Shown piece after piece: positions 27,489 through 37,432 of a DNA stretch of 64,000 bases. Made by a program: the position numbers and the translations under genes. The DNA is from Patescibacteria group bacterium (GTDB lineage: Bacteria; Patescibacteriota; Patescibacteriia; JACRDY01), in contig JBAZLA010000001.1 of the NCBI GenBank assembly GCA_041650515.1, positions 18,710 through 82,709 on the forward strand. Direction: 5' to 3'. The notes beneath the pieces were generated by a model that did not search any database, was not told the DNA's origin, and saw only the letters and a program-made list of their open reading frames with translations. The first letter of the stretch is position 1; each line of letters starts with the position of its first letter.

Positions 27489-28424
27489 TTATAATTTCTC
27501 TTTAAAATTTTCCCGATACCGCTTTCCCAACTCCGACCAAGTAAATGAATGTGTCTGAGTGCCATACTTTTCAACGGTATAAACCGCCACCAACCCGGCT
27601 AACCGACCAGCTTTAGCTAAAGGCCAGCCCATCAACAAACCTTTGATCAAACCCGCCCGATAAGCATCGCCAGCACCAGTCGGGTCGCAGGTATTTTGGG
27701 GTTTAGCTGGAGGAATTTTTATCTTTTTACCTTGATGATAAATCTCCGAGCCTTGGCTACCTTTAGTAATGACTAGAATTTGAGTTAATTGGGCTAAACG
27801 TTTTTGATTAACTCTTAATCGCCGGCTAATCAACTGAATTTCATAATCATTACCAATTAAAACTTTAGATCCCTTAACGGCCGGCTTCAGTTCAACTGCG
27901 CTAAATAATGGCGTCACCTGACCCGGATCAAAAATATAAGGTACTTTTATTCGCCGATAAATTTTAGCATATTCTAACATTCTTGTCTTGTCATCAGGGG
28001 AGATAATGGCTAAATTTGGCTGTTTGACTTTCCTAACTATCGTCGGGTAATTTTTGACTACTGGACCGCCATAAAAAGCCGTCAGCTGGTTATCATCCTG
28101 ATCAGTAATAATCTGCGCCGTGGCGGTTAAATGGCCTCTAACTTTTTTGACCAGAGACAAATCAATCTTTTTACTTTTTAACCAATTTTTATACTTAGTA
28201 AAATCTTCACCAACCACACTAAGAATTGTCGACCGTTCTCTGAGTAAGGACAGATTATAAGCAATATTACCAGCTGTGCCACCAAAGCTTTCTTTTAATC
28301 CTTTAACTACAAAACAAACATTAAGAATATGAATCTTGTTTGGTAAAATATGATCGCCAAAACGACCTGGAAAATCCATTATCCGATCATAAGCGAGCGA
28401 ACCTGAAACTAAAATTTTAGACAT
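27489..28424 (-). CDS. PfkB-family carbohydrate/nucleoside kinase, plausibly an adenosine kinase
   Basis: GG motif and C-terminal DPTGAGDAYRAG anion-hole motif. Confidence 0.8.
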   Translation of the reverse strand: MSKILVSGSLAYDRIMDFPGRFGDHILPNKIHILNVCFVVKGLKESFGGTAGNIAYNLSLLRERSTILSVVGEDFTKYKNWLKSKKIDLSLVKKVRGHLTATAQIITDQDDNQLTAFYGGPVVKNYPTIVRKVKQPNLAIISPDDKTRMLEYAKIYRRIKVPYIFDPGQVTPLFSAVELKPAVKGSKVLIGNDYEIQLISRRLRVNQKRLAQLTQILVITKGSQGSEIYHQGKKIKIPPAKPQNTCDPTGAGDAYRAGLIKGLLMGWPLAKAGRLAGLVAVYTVEKYGTQTHSFTWSELGKRYRENFKEKL

Positions 28425-28430
28425 AAAACC

Positions 28431-28480
28431 GATGTCCGCTGTTCGCTAATGGCTCGCGAAATGCGAACCGCGAACCGCGG
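28431..28480. repeat. Short hairpin with GCGAACCGCGGACAGC-type arms (CGAACCG heptamer family)
   Basis: tgtccgctgttcgc...gcgaaccgcgaaccgcggacagc. Confidence 0.7.
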
Positions 28481-28484
28481 ACAG

Positions 28485-29186
28485 CTATTTAATTAACCCC
28501 TGCTTTCTCAAATATATTTCCGCCCGTTTTAAGTCATCCGGATAGCCGATGGGCAACCAATAATCAGTTTGGACGATTTTAACTGGATAACCATTAACCA
28601 TTTTAACGACTGTTTGTGGCAAGCCAAATTCTTTACCATCCTTAATCGGCGCTAAACTGTATTTAAAAACATTCTCATCCAAAACATAAAGGGCAGAATT
28701 AACTAGGCACTTAGTCCCAGGCATAAGTTCGGTTTCAACAATATCAATCAAATTACCAGCCTCATTAATCATCAAGGCGCCATAATTACGCAATTCTTCC
28801 GCCACAACTTCTTTAGCTAAGATACAGCGCTCTTGCGCTAAACATCGAACGACATCTTTGGCTTGATAAATATCATCCCCCATCAAAACTAAAAAGCGGC
28901 CCTTCAGTAATCCCCGACAACGCCATAGAGCATCGCCGGTACCTAATAATTCTGGCTGAATAACATAACTAATCTGGCGACCATCATATTCATTACCAAA
29001 ATATTTTTTGAGCTGCTCACCCAAATAACCCACCACCAAAATTACTTCATCAATTTCTTTAGGTAATTGCTCAATACTGTAGGCTAACAATGGCTTGCCT
29101 TGCACCGGCAGCATTGGTTTGGGTACTTCGTAAGTTAGGGGCCGCATTCGTACACCGGCACCAGCGGCTAGAATCACTGCTTGCAT
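28485..29186 (-). CDS. Sugar-phosphate nucleotidyltransferase (NTP_transferase family)
   Basis: MQAVILAAGAGVRMRPLT...KPML motif. Confidence 0.85.
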   Translation of the reverse strand: MQAVILAAGAGVRMRPLTYEVPKPMLPVQGKPLLAYSIEQLPKEIDEVILVVGYLGEQLKKYFGNEYDGRQISYVIQPELLGTGDALWRCRGLLKGRFLVLMGDDIYQAKDVVRCLAQERCILAKEVVAEELRNYGALMINEAGNLIDIVETELMPGTKCLVNSALYVLDENVFKYSLAPIKDGKEFGLPQTVVKMVNGYPVKIVQTDYWLPIGYPDDLKRAEIYLRKQGLIK

Positions 29187-32100
29187 TATTTTACTACTAT
29201 ATTAATCAACCGCCCGGGAACAAAAATCACTTTAACTATTTCTTTACCAGTTAAATAACTTTTTACTTTTGTATCCACTAAGACTAACTCTTTAGCCTCG
29301 GTTTCGCTAATATCCGCTTTGACTTGAATATTGGTTCGCATTTTGCCGTTAATCTGGATCACCAAAGTGATTTCTTCTTCCTTAACTAACTCCGGATCAT
29401 ACTTGGGCCAGCTCTGGCAAAAAATACTTTTTTGGTGACCAAGCGTTTGCCACAACTCTTCGGCTAAGTGGGGCGAAAACGGTGCCAAAATTTTTAAAAA
29501 CAATTCCAAATTTTCCTGACTGACTTCTTTGGCTTCTTGAAAACCATTGACCAAAATCATCATGGCCGAAATCGCGGTATTATAGCGCATGTTTTCAATA
29601 TCCTCAGTAACTTTTTTGATTGTTTGATGAACTAATTTGTCGCCTTGTACCTTGCTACTTGTTACTTTTTCTTGAAGCAACCAAACTTTATCCAAAAACC
29701 GCCGCACACCATTAATCCCTTTGGTACTCCAGGGCTTGGTGTCTTCAAGCGGCCCCATAAACATTTCATAGAGTCGCATGCTGTCCGCGCCAAAATCGCG
29801 AACCACATCATCGGGGTTAATCACATTACCACGCGATTTGGACATTTTTTGGCCGTCTTCGCCCAAGATCATGCCTTGGTTGCGAAGTTTGAGAAACGGT
29901 TCAGCAAAATTAATATAACCCAGATCATACAAAACTTTGGTAAAAAACCGCGCATACATCAAATGCAGTACCGCATGTTCCGCTCCGCCAACATAGAGAT
30001 CAACTGGTAGCCATTTATTAATTTCTTTCTGGCTAGCAAACTCTTTTTTGTTCTCTGGATCAGTGTAACGGAAATAATACCAAGATGAACAAACAAAAGT
30101 ATCCATAGTATCGGATTCGCGTTTGGCGGGAGCACCACAAACCGGACATTTAACATTGTGAAATTTTTTAGAATTGACCAACGGCGACTCACCAGTTGGT
30201 TTAAAATCAACATCATCTGGCAATAAAACTGGTAAATCTTTCTCTGGCACCGGGACTAAACCCGAATTAGAGCCTAAAGAAAATTCTTCTAAAATTTCTG
30301 GGAAAGACAACATTCCCACCCGGCGATTAGAATGACCACGGTTATTAAATATTCTCACCCGGGCGCCCAAAGGCTGATAATCTTTTTCGACCGCTAACGG
30401 AATATAAGGATCGTTGTCTGAAAGATAAATAACAATTTCTTTGGCTAGTTTTTTTACTCGGACTAAATCAATTTTAGCTTGATTAAAATGCTTGGCCGCC
30501 TCAATACTATTCACCTCGGCACCGGCCGTTCGCATATTGCTCCAATTCTCCTCACTCTGAGACGGACCGGTCGGCGCGACTAAAATTAATTTTTCTATTG
30601 GTAAACCAGTTACCTGAATATATTGGCAAACAGCCGGGGCGCTCAGGCTGTGAGCGACGATAAAAATTTTATCTTCTTTTTTAAAATTGAGACTCTGCAG
30701 CGCCGCCACCCACTCGGCAATTGTCGGCACGCTAGCATTAGGCAAAATTGGAATTAAAACTTCATAGCCGCTATTTTCTAGTTGCTCTTTGAGCCAAGGA
30801 AACCAATTATCGTTAGCGTGAGCATTAAGACCGTGGGTTAATAAAACCTTAGGTTTTTTCTGAGCACAATGATCACAATAAATCATCGGGATGGGCGCGC
30901 CCCAATAGCGCTGGCGCGATACCAGCCAATCGCGAAGTTTGTACTGCGTTTTTAACTGACCACCGACTTTTTGCGTAATTTTTTTCTTGGCTTCTTCACT
31001 GGTTAAACCATCAAACTCGCCGGAATTAATCATGGTGCCAGTGCCAACCCAACACTTATAAGCTAAATCGCTACTTAAATGGCCATAAGCGCCCGGGCTG
31101 GCCATGCCAGATTCTATCGGACTGGCTGCCATTAAACTTTCTGGTTTAATCACTTCAATTATCGGCAAACTAAATTTTTTGGCGAACTCATAGTCTCGTT
31201 CATCGTGCGCCGGCACCGCCATGATTGCTCCAGTGCCATAGCCAGTCAAGACATAATCAGCCACAAAAATCGGTATTTCTTTATTGGTTGCCGGATTGAT
31301 GGCTCTAATACCCTTTAATTCCACACCGGTCTTGGCTTTAGCTAAATCGGTTCTTTCGATTTCATTCTTCTTTTGGGCCAACTTAATGTATTGCTCAACT
31401 TCTTCCCAATTTTTAATTGCCAATTTTAAATTATTAATCAAACCATGCTCTGGCGCCAGCACCATATAAGTTACGCCAAAAAGTGTATCCGGCCGCGTGG
31501 TAAAAACTTTAATTTTTACTGGTTCGCGAACCGCGGACAGCGAACCGCGGACAGCGAATTCTAACTCTGCTCCCTCACTCCGGCCGATCCAATTTTTTTG
31601 CATCAGCTTAATCGGCTCGGGCCAATCAATTGTATCCAAATCATTGAGCAGTCTATCAGCATACTGAGTCACTTTAAAAAACCACTGCTCTAGGTCTTTT
31701 TGCACCACTTCGTTGTGACAACGTTCGCATTGACCGGCGACCACCTGCTCATTAGCTAGTACTGTCTGACAAGAATTACACCAATTAACTTTGGCTTTCT
31801 TTTTGTAAGCTAAACCGTTTTTATAGAGCAACAAAAAAAACCACTGCGTCCATTTGTAATATGCTGGATCAGAAGTTTTAATTTCGCGTGACCAGTCATA
31901 ACTCAGGCCCAGCGACTGGATCTGGCGTCGAAAAGTTTCAACACTTTTGTCAGTCGTTATCTGTGGATGAACTTTTTGCTTGATGGCAAAATTTTCCGCT
32001 GGTAGGCCAAAAGCATCCCAACCCATCGGGTGTAAGACATCATAACCATTGAGTCGCAGATAACGGGAATAAATATCCGTCGCGGTGTAACCCTCAGGAT

Positions 32101-32251
32101 GACCAACGTGTAAACCAGCGGCTGACGGATAAGGAAACATATCCAAAATATATTTTTTCTTTTGGGGACTCTTGGGCGCTTGGTTAATTTTCTCCTTAGC
32201 CCAATATTTCTGCCACTTGGCTTCTATCTCTTGATGAATATACTTATCCAT
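29186..32251 (-). CDS. leuS: Leucyl-tRNA synthetase carrying an inserted alpha/beta-hydrolase domain (YdeN/RBBP9 family, about 210 aa) in the zinc-knuckle region
   Basis: HVGH (HIGH) motif, TTRPDT editing motif, KMSKS motif. The insert VLLTHGLNAHANDNWFPWL...IVAHSLSAPA...LVAPTGP lies between CDHC and VPVPEKDLPVLLP. Confidence 0.95.
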   Translation of the reverse strand: MDKYIHQEIEAKWQKYWAKEKINQAPKSPQKKKYILDMFPYPSAAGLHVGHPEGYTATDIYSRYLRLNGYDVLHPMGWDAFGLPAENFAIKQKVHPQITTDKSVETFRRQIQSLGLSYDWSREIKTSDPAYYKWTQWFFLLLYKNGLAYKKKAKVNWCNSCQTVLANEQVVAGQCERCHNEVVQKDLEQWFFKVTQYADRLLNDLDTIDWPEPIKLMQKNWIGRSEGAELEFAVRGSLSAVREPVKIKVFTTRPDTLFGVTYMVLAPEHGLINNLKLAIKNWEEVEQYIKLAQKKNEIERTDLAKAKTGVELKGIRAINPATNKEIPIFVADYVLTGYGTGAIMAVPAHDERDYEFAKKFSLPIIEVIKPESLMAASPIESGMASPGAYGHLSSDLAYKCWVGTGTMINSGEFDGLTSEEAKKKITQKVGGQLKTQYKLRDWLVSRQRYWGAPIPMIYCDHCAQKKPKVLLTHGLNAHANDNWFPWLKEQLENSGYEVLIPILPNASVPTIAEWVAALQSLNFKKEDKIFIVAHSLSAPAVCQYIQVTGLPIEKLILVAPTGPSQSEENWSNMRTAGAEVNSIEAAKHFNQAKIDLVRVKKLAKEIVIYLSDNDPYIPLAVEKDYQPLGARVRIFNNRGHSNRRVGMLSFPEILEEFSLGSNSGLVPVPEKDLPVLLPDDVDFKPTGESPLVNSKKFHNVKCPVCGAPAKRESDTMDTFVCSSWYYFRYTDPENKKEFASQKEINKWLPVDLYVGGAEHAVLHLMYARFFTKVLYDLGYINFAEPFLKLRNQGMILGEDGQKMSKSRGNVINPDDVVRDFGADSMRLYEMFMGPLEDTKPWSTKGINGVRRFLDKVWLLQEKVTSSKVQGDKLVHQTIKKVTEDIENMRYNTAISAMMILVNGFQEAKEVSQENLELFLKILAPFSPHLAEELWQTLGHQKSIFCQSWPKYDPELVKEEEITLVIQINGKMRTNIQVKADISETEAKELVLVDTKVKSYLTGKEIVKVIFVPGRLINIVVK

Positions 32252-32253
32252 AA

Positions 32254-32514
32254 TTAGTTTAATTCCTGCTCCGCTTGTCTTAATTCTGCTAAACGTTTTT
32301 TGATCGCCTCAACATCATGCGGCTTAATGATATAATGATCAGGCATTTCTATGTCCTGAAAAATTACTTCAGCTTTATCAGCTAAATCAGGTAAATGCCG
32401 AACTAACTCTGTTTGGAGTTGAGATTTGGGCATATTAACAATTTCCATTAAAAACCGCTCCTGGGGACTTATTTTTTCGGTGTCACGGCCAGTTTCAGCA
32501 GTAGACATATTCAT
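32254..32514 (-). CDS. Hypothetical 86-aa protein upstream of leuS
   Basis: ORF only. Tightly coupled to leuS with a 2-nt gap. Confidence 0.35.
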   Translation of the reverse strand: MNMSTAETGRDTEKISPQERFLMEIVNMPKSQLQTELVRHLPDLADKAEVIFQDIEMPDHYIIKPHDVEAIKKRLAELRQAEQELN

Positions 32515-32583
32515 ATGATTAAAATAAGAATTAATTTATCTAAAATAAGCTAAATTTTAGCCTTAAATAAGAGTATTATTAGT

Positions 32584-33210
32584 TTAGCGGTTTTTAGCCT
32601 TTTTTGCAACCTCTTTAATCGGCCGAAAGCACTGGCGATGCAAGGGGCAAAGGCCGTATTTTTGGATCATTTCCTGATGAAGCTTGGTGCCATAACCTTT
32701 GTGCTGCTCAAAGCCGTATTCTGGGTATATTTTGGCTAAATTTAGCATTAAATCATCACGATAAACCTTGGCAATAATCGAAGCGGCCGCAACTGAAATC
32801 GAAACTTGATCCCCGCGAACCACGACTTTAAACGGCGTCCGAAAAGCAATCCGGCCAACATAGTCGGTCAAAATATAGTCGGGCTTAATTTGTAGGTTCT
32901 GGATTGCCCGCTTCATCGCGGTTTTATTAGCCATTTGCAAGCCCAGTTGATCAATTTCTTGGCTGCTGACTTCACCAATCGCCCAGGCAAGGCAATTCTC
33001 TTTTAGCCAACTACTTAGCTCTTGCCGCCGCTTTGGGGTTAATCGTTTAGAATCGCGAATTTCTTCACTAACAAAATTAGGAACATCTAAAATTATGGCG
33101 CCAGCCACCAACGGACCCGCCCATGGCCCCCGGCCCGCTTCATCAATGCCAGCGATCAAAGAATAACCTTGGCTGAGTAATTCGTTTTCGAGTTGGAAGG
33201 TTGGATTCAT
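32584..33210 (-). CDS. rnhB: Ribonuclease HII
   Basis: GIDEAGRGP active-site motif. Confidence 0.9.
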   Translation of the reverse strand: MNPTFQLENELLSQGYSLIAGIDEAGRGPWAGPLVAGAIILDVPNFVSEEIRDSKRLTPKRRQELSSWLKENCLAWAIGEVSSQEIDQLGLQMANKTAMKRAIQNLQIKPDYILTDYVGRIAFRTPFKVVVRGDQVSISVAAASIIAKVYRDDLMLNLAKIYPEYGFEQHKGYGTKLHQEMIQKYGLCPLHRQCFRPIKEVAKKAKNR

Positions 33211-33302
33211 GGTTAGATTATAACAAGAAAGCCAAAAAACAAAAAAGTAAAAAATGCGGGAATAAAAAATGGGAGGCGGACGACCGCGCTCCCGGGATGC
33301 AC

Positions 33303-33845
33303 TTATTCGGCTTTTTTGCTCAGGGTGATCCTCTTACACCCCTTGATGGCCGTGAGCCGATGGCGGCGTGGGATGGTCTTGGTGACCTTGTTTAGGACAG
33401 CCTCAAACTGCCCGGTGTCCCTGCCAACGCAACGGATAAAGGCCAGGTCATGATTCGCGACGAGTGTTCCAGCATCAACATCCAACACTGCCGCGAAAGT
33501 CAACACCGCCTCAAGCGGTATATCCTGCCAATCAGTAGATTCTCTCTCAATTGGAGAATCAGCTTCAAATTCCTCGGTGATGGTGGCGATCAAATCACCT
33601 CGAAGCACTGCCCAAAAAACAAAACCATCACCCAGTTTAGCTTCGATGCCAGCGTCGTCGAGAAGACGACAAAAATTTTCCACCTCTCGGAAGGTCAAAC
33701 TGCCGTACTTGTAACCCACTGACTTCACCGACGGCAAACCTTCCTGATCAGCCAAAAAGGCTAAAATCCTACGGCCGTGAGCTTTTGCCACTCTCGCCAG
33801 CTCTTCCAAATCCGCCAAACGGTAGTCTCTCCGATACTCTCTCAT
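33303..33845 (-). CDS. Hypothetical 180-aa protein; GC-rich, strong SD (AAAGGAGGA), own terminator
   Basis: Composition is clearly different from its neighbours. No family recognised. Confidence 0.45.
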   Translation of the reverse strand: MREYRRDYRLADLEELARVAKAHGRRILAFLADQEGLPSVKSVGYKYGSLTFREVENFCRLLDDAGIEAKLGDGFVFWAVLRGDLIATITEEFEADSPIERESTDWQDIPLEAVLTFAAVLDVDAGTLVANHDLAFIRCVGRDTGQFEAVLNKVTKTIPRRHRLTAIKGCKRITLSKKAE

Positions 33846-34013
33846 AGCATCCTCCTTTCCGACTAGTTGCCGGAAATCCGATTTGCCACCTACCCGGTAG
33901 CTGGGATCTGCTTTGTTTGAGCAGTATATTTATTCCTAACACAAATAATATAAAAAGTCAATGATAACAAAAAAACAAGATTTGTTCTCTTGCTTTCTTA
34001 TTTTCTTGTTTTT

Positions 34014-34304
34014 TTATTCTTTTTTCTCCGCACTAGCAATAATTGAATCAAAAAATTTTTCTACTGAATCATCGCCAAAAAAATCAACTTTTGATTTTAT
34101 CCCATCACATCCACTACCAATTAACACATGAAAAGCCAAGTAATCGCGAGCATCAGAATATTTAGCCAATAAGTCTCTAGCCAAATCATCAAATTTCGTC
34201 TGAGCTTCTTTGCGACCAATCATGTCACAAATCCGCTCATTCTTTGTCTTGAGATGCTCTAACATCATTTGTTGTTCTAACTCGGGATTTTCTGGATTAG
34301 TCAT
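34014..34304 (-). CDS. Hypothetical 96-aa acidic protein immediately downstream of gdhA
   Basis: ORF only. Confidence 0.35.
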   Translation of the reverse strand: MTNPENPELEQQMMLEHLKTKNERICDMIGRKEAQTKFDDLARDLLAKYSDARDYLAFHVLIGSGCDGIKSKVDFFGDDSVEKFFDSIIASAEKKE

Positions 34305-34308
34305 ATAT

Positions 34309-35634
34309 CTAATAGCCTCTAATTTTCATTGCTACCGCCACCCGCTTGATGCCCAAAATAAAAGCAGCGGTGCGCAGATCAATTTTCTTTTCTTTGGCGA
34401 TTGATTCAACACTAATAAAAGCTTTATCCATGACTACTTTTAGCCGTTTAGCCACTTCTTCTTCACTCCAATTTTCCCGATGCAGGTTTTGCAACCACTC
34501 AAAATAAGAAACCGTCACCCCGCCCGCATTAACCAAAACATCGGGGACAACAATTATCCCCCGCTTGTTTAATTTAACATCCGCTTCGGGCGTGGTTGGG
34601 CCATTGGCAATTTCCAAAATTACTTTAGCTTTGATCTTGCCGGCGTTTTGGGCCGTAATCTGATTTTCCAACGCCGCCGGGATCAAAATATCACACGGCA
34701 TTTCTAAAAGCTTGGCGCTAGCCATATGTTTATGTTCCACTTCATCACAAACCGAACCAGTGCAGTAATAACCATCAACCAAGCCTTTTTGTTTTTTAAT
34801 CTTCATTGTGCTTTCTGGGTGGAAAGAATCACCATTGGGTGAGTAGATACCGCCTTTAGAATCAGCTAAGCCAACTACACGGTAGCCAGCTCGATTAACC
34901 AGCTGAGCAATATGATAACCGGCATTACCAAAACCTTGGATAATCACTCGCAAACCACCTTTTGACTTTCGTACGGGCAAGTCGCGACTTGCCCCTGCTT
35001 TCATTTTCTTAACCACGTTTTCTAAAACATAGAACGCACCCTGAGCTGTCGCCGTATCGCGACCAAGCGACCCGCCGATTTCTACCGGTTTGCCGGTCAC
35101 AACGGCTGGTACTGGATAACCTTTAATTTTGGAGAACTCATCCATGATCCAAGCCATAATCTGCGGATTAGTATAAACATCGGGCGCCGGCACATCTTTA
35201 AGCGGGCCAATATATTCCTGAATCGCCTGAACATAGCCTCGAGTCATCCGTTCCAGCTCGCCAACGGACATTTTTTTGGGATCAACTTTGATCCCGCCTT
35301 TACCGCCGCCAAAGGGGATATCCACCACGGCGCATTTGACCATCATCCAAAAAGCCAAGGCCTTAACCTCATTAATATCCGATTGCGGATAATAACGGAT
35401 GCCACCCTTAAACGGACCACGAGCATCATTATACTGCACCCGATAGCCTTCAAAATTCTTGATCTGGCCATTATCCATCTTAACTGGCACAGTAAAATGT
35501 AACGCTCGCTTGGGTGAACGAAGTTTATCCAAAATCTCCGGATCAAGATCAAGATATTTGGCAGCCAAGTCTAGTTGTTTTAAAGCGTTGGTAAATGGGT
35601 TGGCAGTTCGCGGTTCGCGGTTCGCGGTTCGCAT
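34309..35634 (-). CDS. gdhA: Glutamate dehydrogenase
   Basis: Lys-Gly active-site region KGGIRY...GGGKGG. The first 12 codons, starting at the ATG at 35632-35634, lie within the (GCGAACC)n repeat and encode RTANREPRTANP. Confidence 0.9.
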   Translation of the reverse strand: MRTANREPRTANPFTNALKQLDLAAKYLDLDPEILDKLRSPKRALHFTVPVKMDNGQIKNFEGYRVQYNDARGPFKGGIRYYPQSDINEVKALAFWMMVKCAVVDIPFGGGKGGIKVDPKKMSVGELERMTRGYVQAIQEYIGPLKDVPAPDVYTNPQIMAWIMDEFSKIKGYPVPAVVTGKPVEIGGSLGRDTATAQGAFYVLENVVKKMKAGASRDLPVRKSKGGLRVIIQGFGNAGYHIAQLVNRAGYRVVGLADSKGGIYSPNGDSFHPESTMKIKKQKGLVDGYYCTGSVCDEVEHKHMASAKLLEMPCDILIPAALENQITAQNAGKIKAKVILEIANGPTTPEADVKLNKRGIIVVPDVLVNAGGVTVSYFEWLQNLHRENWSEEEVAKRLKVVMDKAFISVESIAKEKKIDLRTAAFILGIKRVAVAMKIRGY

Positions 35635-36120
35635 ATACAAAGTTTAGAAAATTTTAATATTGAATATTTTATACTAGTTTTATTAACTAATTAGCAAATA
35701 CAACTTTATGATGATTAAATCATACAAAGACCTACTCGTCTGGCAGGTAGGAATTGAGCTAGTAATAGCTACCTATGAGCTAACAGAGCAATTCCCGAAA
35801 AAAGAACAATTTGGACTAACCTCGCAGATTAGAAGAGCCTCAATCTCTATCCCATCTAATGTCGCCGAGGGTTATCAACGTAAAACTGATGGGGAACTTT
35901 TACGTTTCTTATTGATTGCTCTCGGTTCGGCCTCTGAACTAGAAACTCAACTTTTTTTAGCCAAAAAATTGAAAATGACATCCGAGGAATACTTTCTAAG
36001 AATAGATAATTTGTTAACACGAGTACTCCAGCTTACCAACTCTTTTATCAATAAACTACGCAAGGATACCGGGCGAACAGCGAACCGCGGCCAGCGAACC
36101 GCGGCCAGCGAACCGCAACA
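35595..36120. mobile_element. Inverted-repeat cassette carrying four-helix-bundle gene 2; left arm (GCGGTTC)x3-4, right arm (CAGCGAACCGCGGC)x3
   Basis: The flanks are reverse-complementary heptamer arrays. The cargo gene is antisense to both neighbours. Confidence 0.65.
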
Positions 36121-36133
36121 AACTAACCGCTGA
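35708..36133 (+). CDS. Four-helix-bundle protein of the 23S rRNA IVS family, copy 2
   Basis: MMIKSYKDLLVWQVG...IPSNVAEGYQRKT...ASELETQLFLAKKL is paralogous to the 5748..6104 product. The C-terminal 20 aa are encoded by the flanking repeat. Confidence 0.8.
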   Translation: MMIKSYKDLLVWQVGIELVIATYELTEQFPKKEQFGLTSQIRRASISIPSNVAEGYQRKTDGELLRFLLIALGSASELETQLFLAKKLKMTSEEYFLRIDNLLTRVLQLTNSFINKLRKDTGRTANRGQRTAASEPQQTNR

Positions 36134-37328
36134 CCTTTAAATATTGCTCCAGCCCCCGGGCAAACACCATCATCGCTTCTTTTAACTCCTTAGTATTCAA
36201 AACGTAAGCGATTCTAATTTCATTTTGGCCTTTGCCCGGCGTGGAATAAAAATCCTCGGCTGGCGTGACCATTACTGTTTTACCTTGATAATTAAATTTG
36301 GTCAACAGCCATTTGACTAAATCCTCACTATTTCGGACTGGCAACCCGACTATCAGATAAAAGGTGGCTTCCGGCTGGAATAAAGTTAACCCCGGTATTT
36401 TCTCAAGTTCACCATAAACAACATCGCGACGCCGGCGGTATTCTAAATTAAGCTTTTTAATATACTGCTTGCTATTTTTCAATACAGGCACAAAAGCCAA
36501 CTGCTCTAACGTGGGTGAAGAAAGCCGCGCCTGAGCGAATTTTAAAATATTAGCCATCAGCTCTTTATTCGACGAAATTAAACAGCCAACGCGAGAGCCA
36601 CAAGCCGAAAACTTTTTAGACACGCTGTCAGTAACAATCACCTGCTGACGAACGGCTGGAAAGTCCAACAAACTCGGTGCTCGCTGGCCAATAAAAGTTA
36701 GCTCACGGTAGGTTTCGTCAGCGATAATAAACAACCCGCGCTTTTTAGCAACTTTGACTAAAACACTTAATTCTTTTTTGCTGTAAATCCGGCCAGTCGG
36801 ATTATTAGGATTGATAATTACAATTGCTTTGGTCCGACGGGTAATCTTTTTTCTCAACTCCGCCGCGCTGGGTAGACTAAAATTATTATCTAGTTTTAAA
36901 GTGATCGGCACCAGCTTTACCCCAGTCATTTTGGCAAAACTTTTGTAGCTAGAATAACCTGGCTCAAAAATAATTATTTCATCACCCGGATCAGCCACGG
37001 CCAGCAAACTAAAAATAATTGCCTCACTGCCGCCAGTGGTGATCATAATATCTTCGGTCTTAACTCTGATTCCCCAATCAGCATAAAACTTTTGCCAGGC
37101 TTGCCGCGCGGTTAGGTAACCCAGTGATGGCGCGTAAGGAATTAATCTGTCTTTTTTCTGAAGTTTCAAAATCTCTTGCCAAACCGAAACCGGTGGCAAA
37201 ATATCGGGCTGACCAATATTAAGCTTAAAAATCTTAAGCCCTTTTTTTTCGGCTGCCTCAGCTAGGGGCAAAAATTTACGGATTGGCGAAGCAATGGTTT
37301 GTCGTGCCCGTTTAGAAGTTTGTAACAT
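36123..37328 (-). CDS. Class I/II PLP-dependent aminotransferase (Asp/Ala aminotransferase-like)
   Basis: NPNNPTG ... SVSKKFSACGSRVG carries the Lys-containing motif. Confidence 0.85.
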   Translation of the reverse strand: MLQTSKRARQTIASPIRKFLPLAEAAEKKGLKIFKLNIGQPDILPPVSVWQEILKLQKKDRLIPYAPSLGYLTARQAWQKFYADWGIRVKTEDIMITTGGSEAIIFSLLAVADPGDEIIIFEPGYSSYKSFAKMTGVKLVPITLKLDNNFSLPSAAELRKKITRRTKAIVIINPNNPTGRIYSKKELSVLVKVAKKRGLFIIADETYRELTFIGQRAPSLLDFPAVRQQVIVTDSVSKKFSACGSRVGCLISSNKELMANILKFAQARLSSPTLEQLAFVPVLKNSKQYIKKLNLEYRRRRDVVYGELEKIPGLTLFQPEATFYLIVGLPVRNSEDLVKWLLTKFNYQGKTVMVTPAEDFYSTPGKGQNEIRIAYVLNTKELKEAMMVFARGLEQYLKVSG

Positions 37329-37338
37329 ATCTATTATA

Positions 37339-37432
37339 AAGTATGCGGCATACAGTATTTAGCATGCAGACGTCGGATACCACCGTTCCTAAAAAATGAT
37401 CCCTACATACTGCATACCGCATACTGTATACT
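37339..37432. repeat. Hairpin element with AGTATGC heptamer arms, between the aminotransferase and trxB
   Basis: agtatgcggcatacagtat...tacatactgcataccgcatactgtatac. Confidence 0.8.

Noticed and set aside
35595-36133. Complete diversity-generating retroelement around the Avd-like four-helix-bundle genes
   Set aside because: No reverse-transcriptase ORF and no roughly 100-bp template/variable repeat pair could be found near either four-helix-bundle gene.
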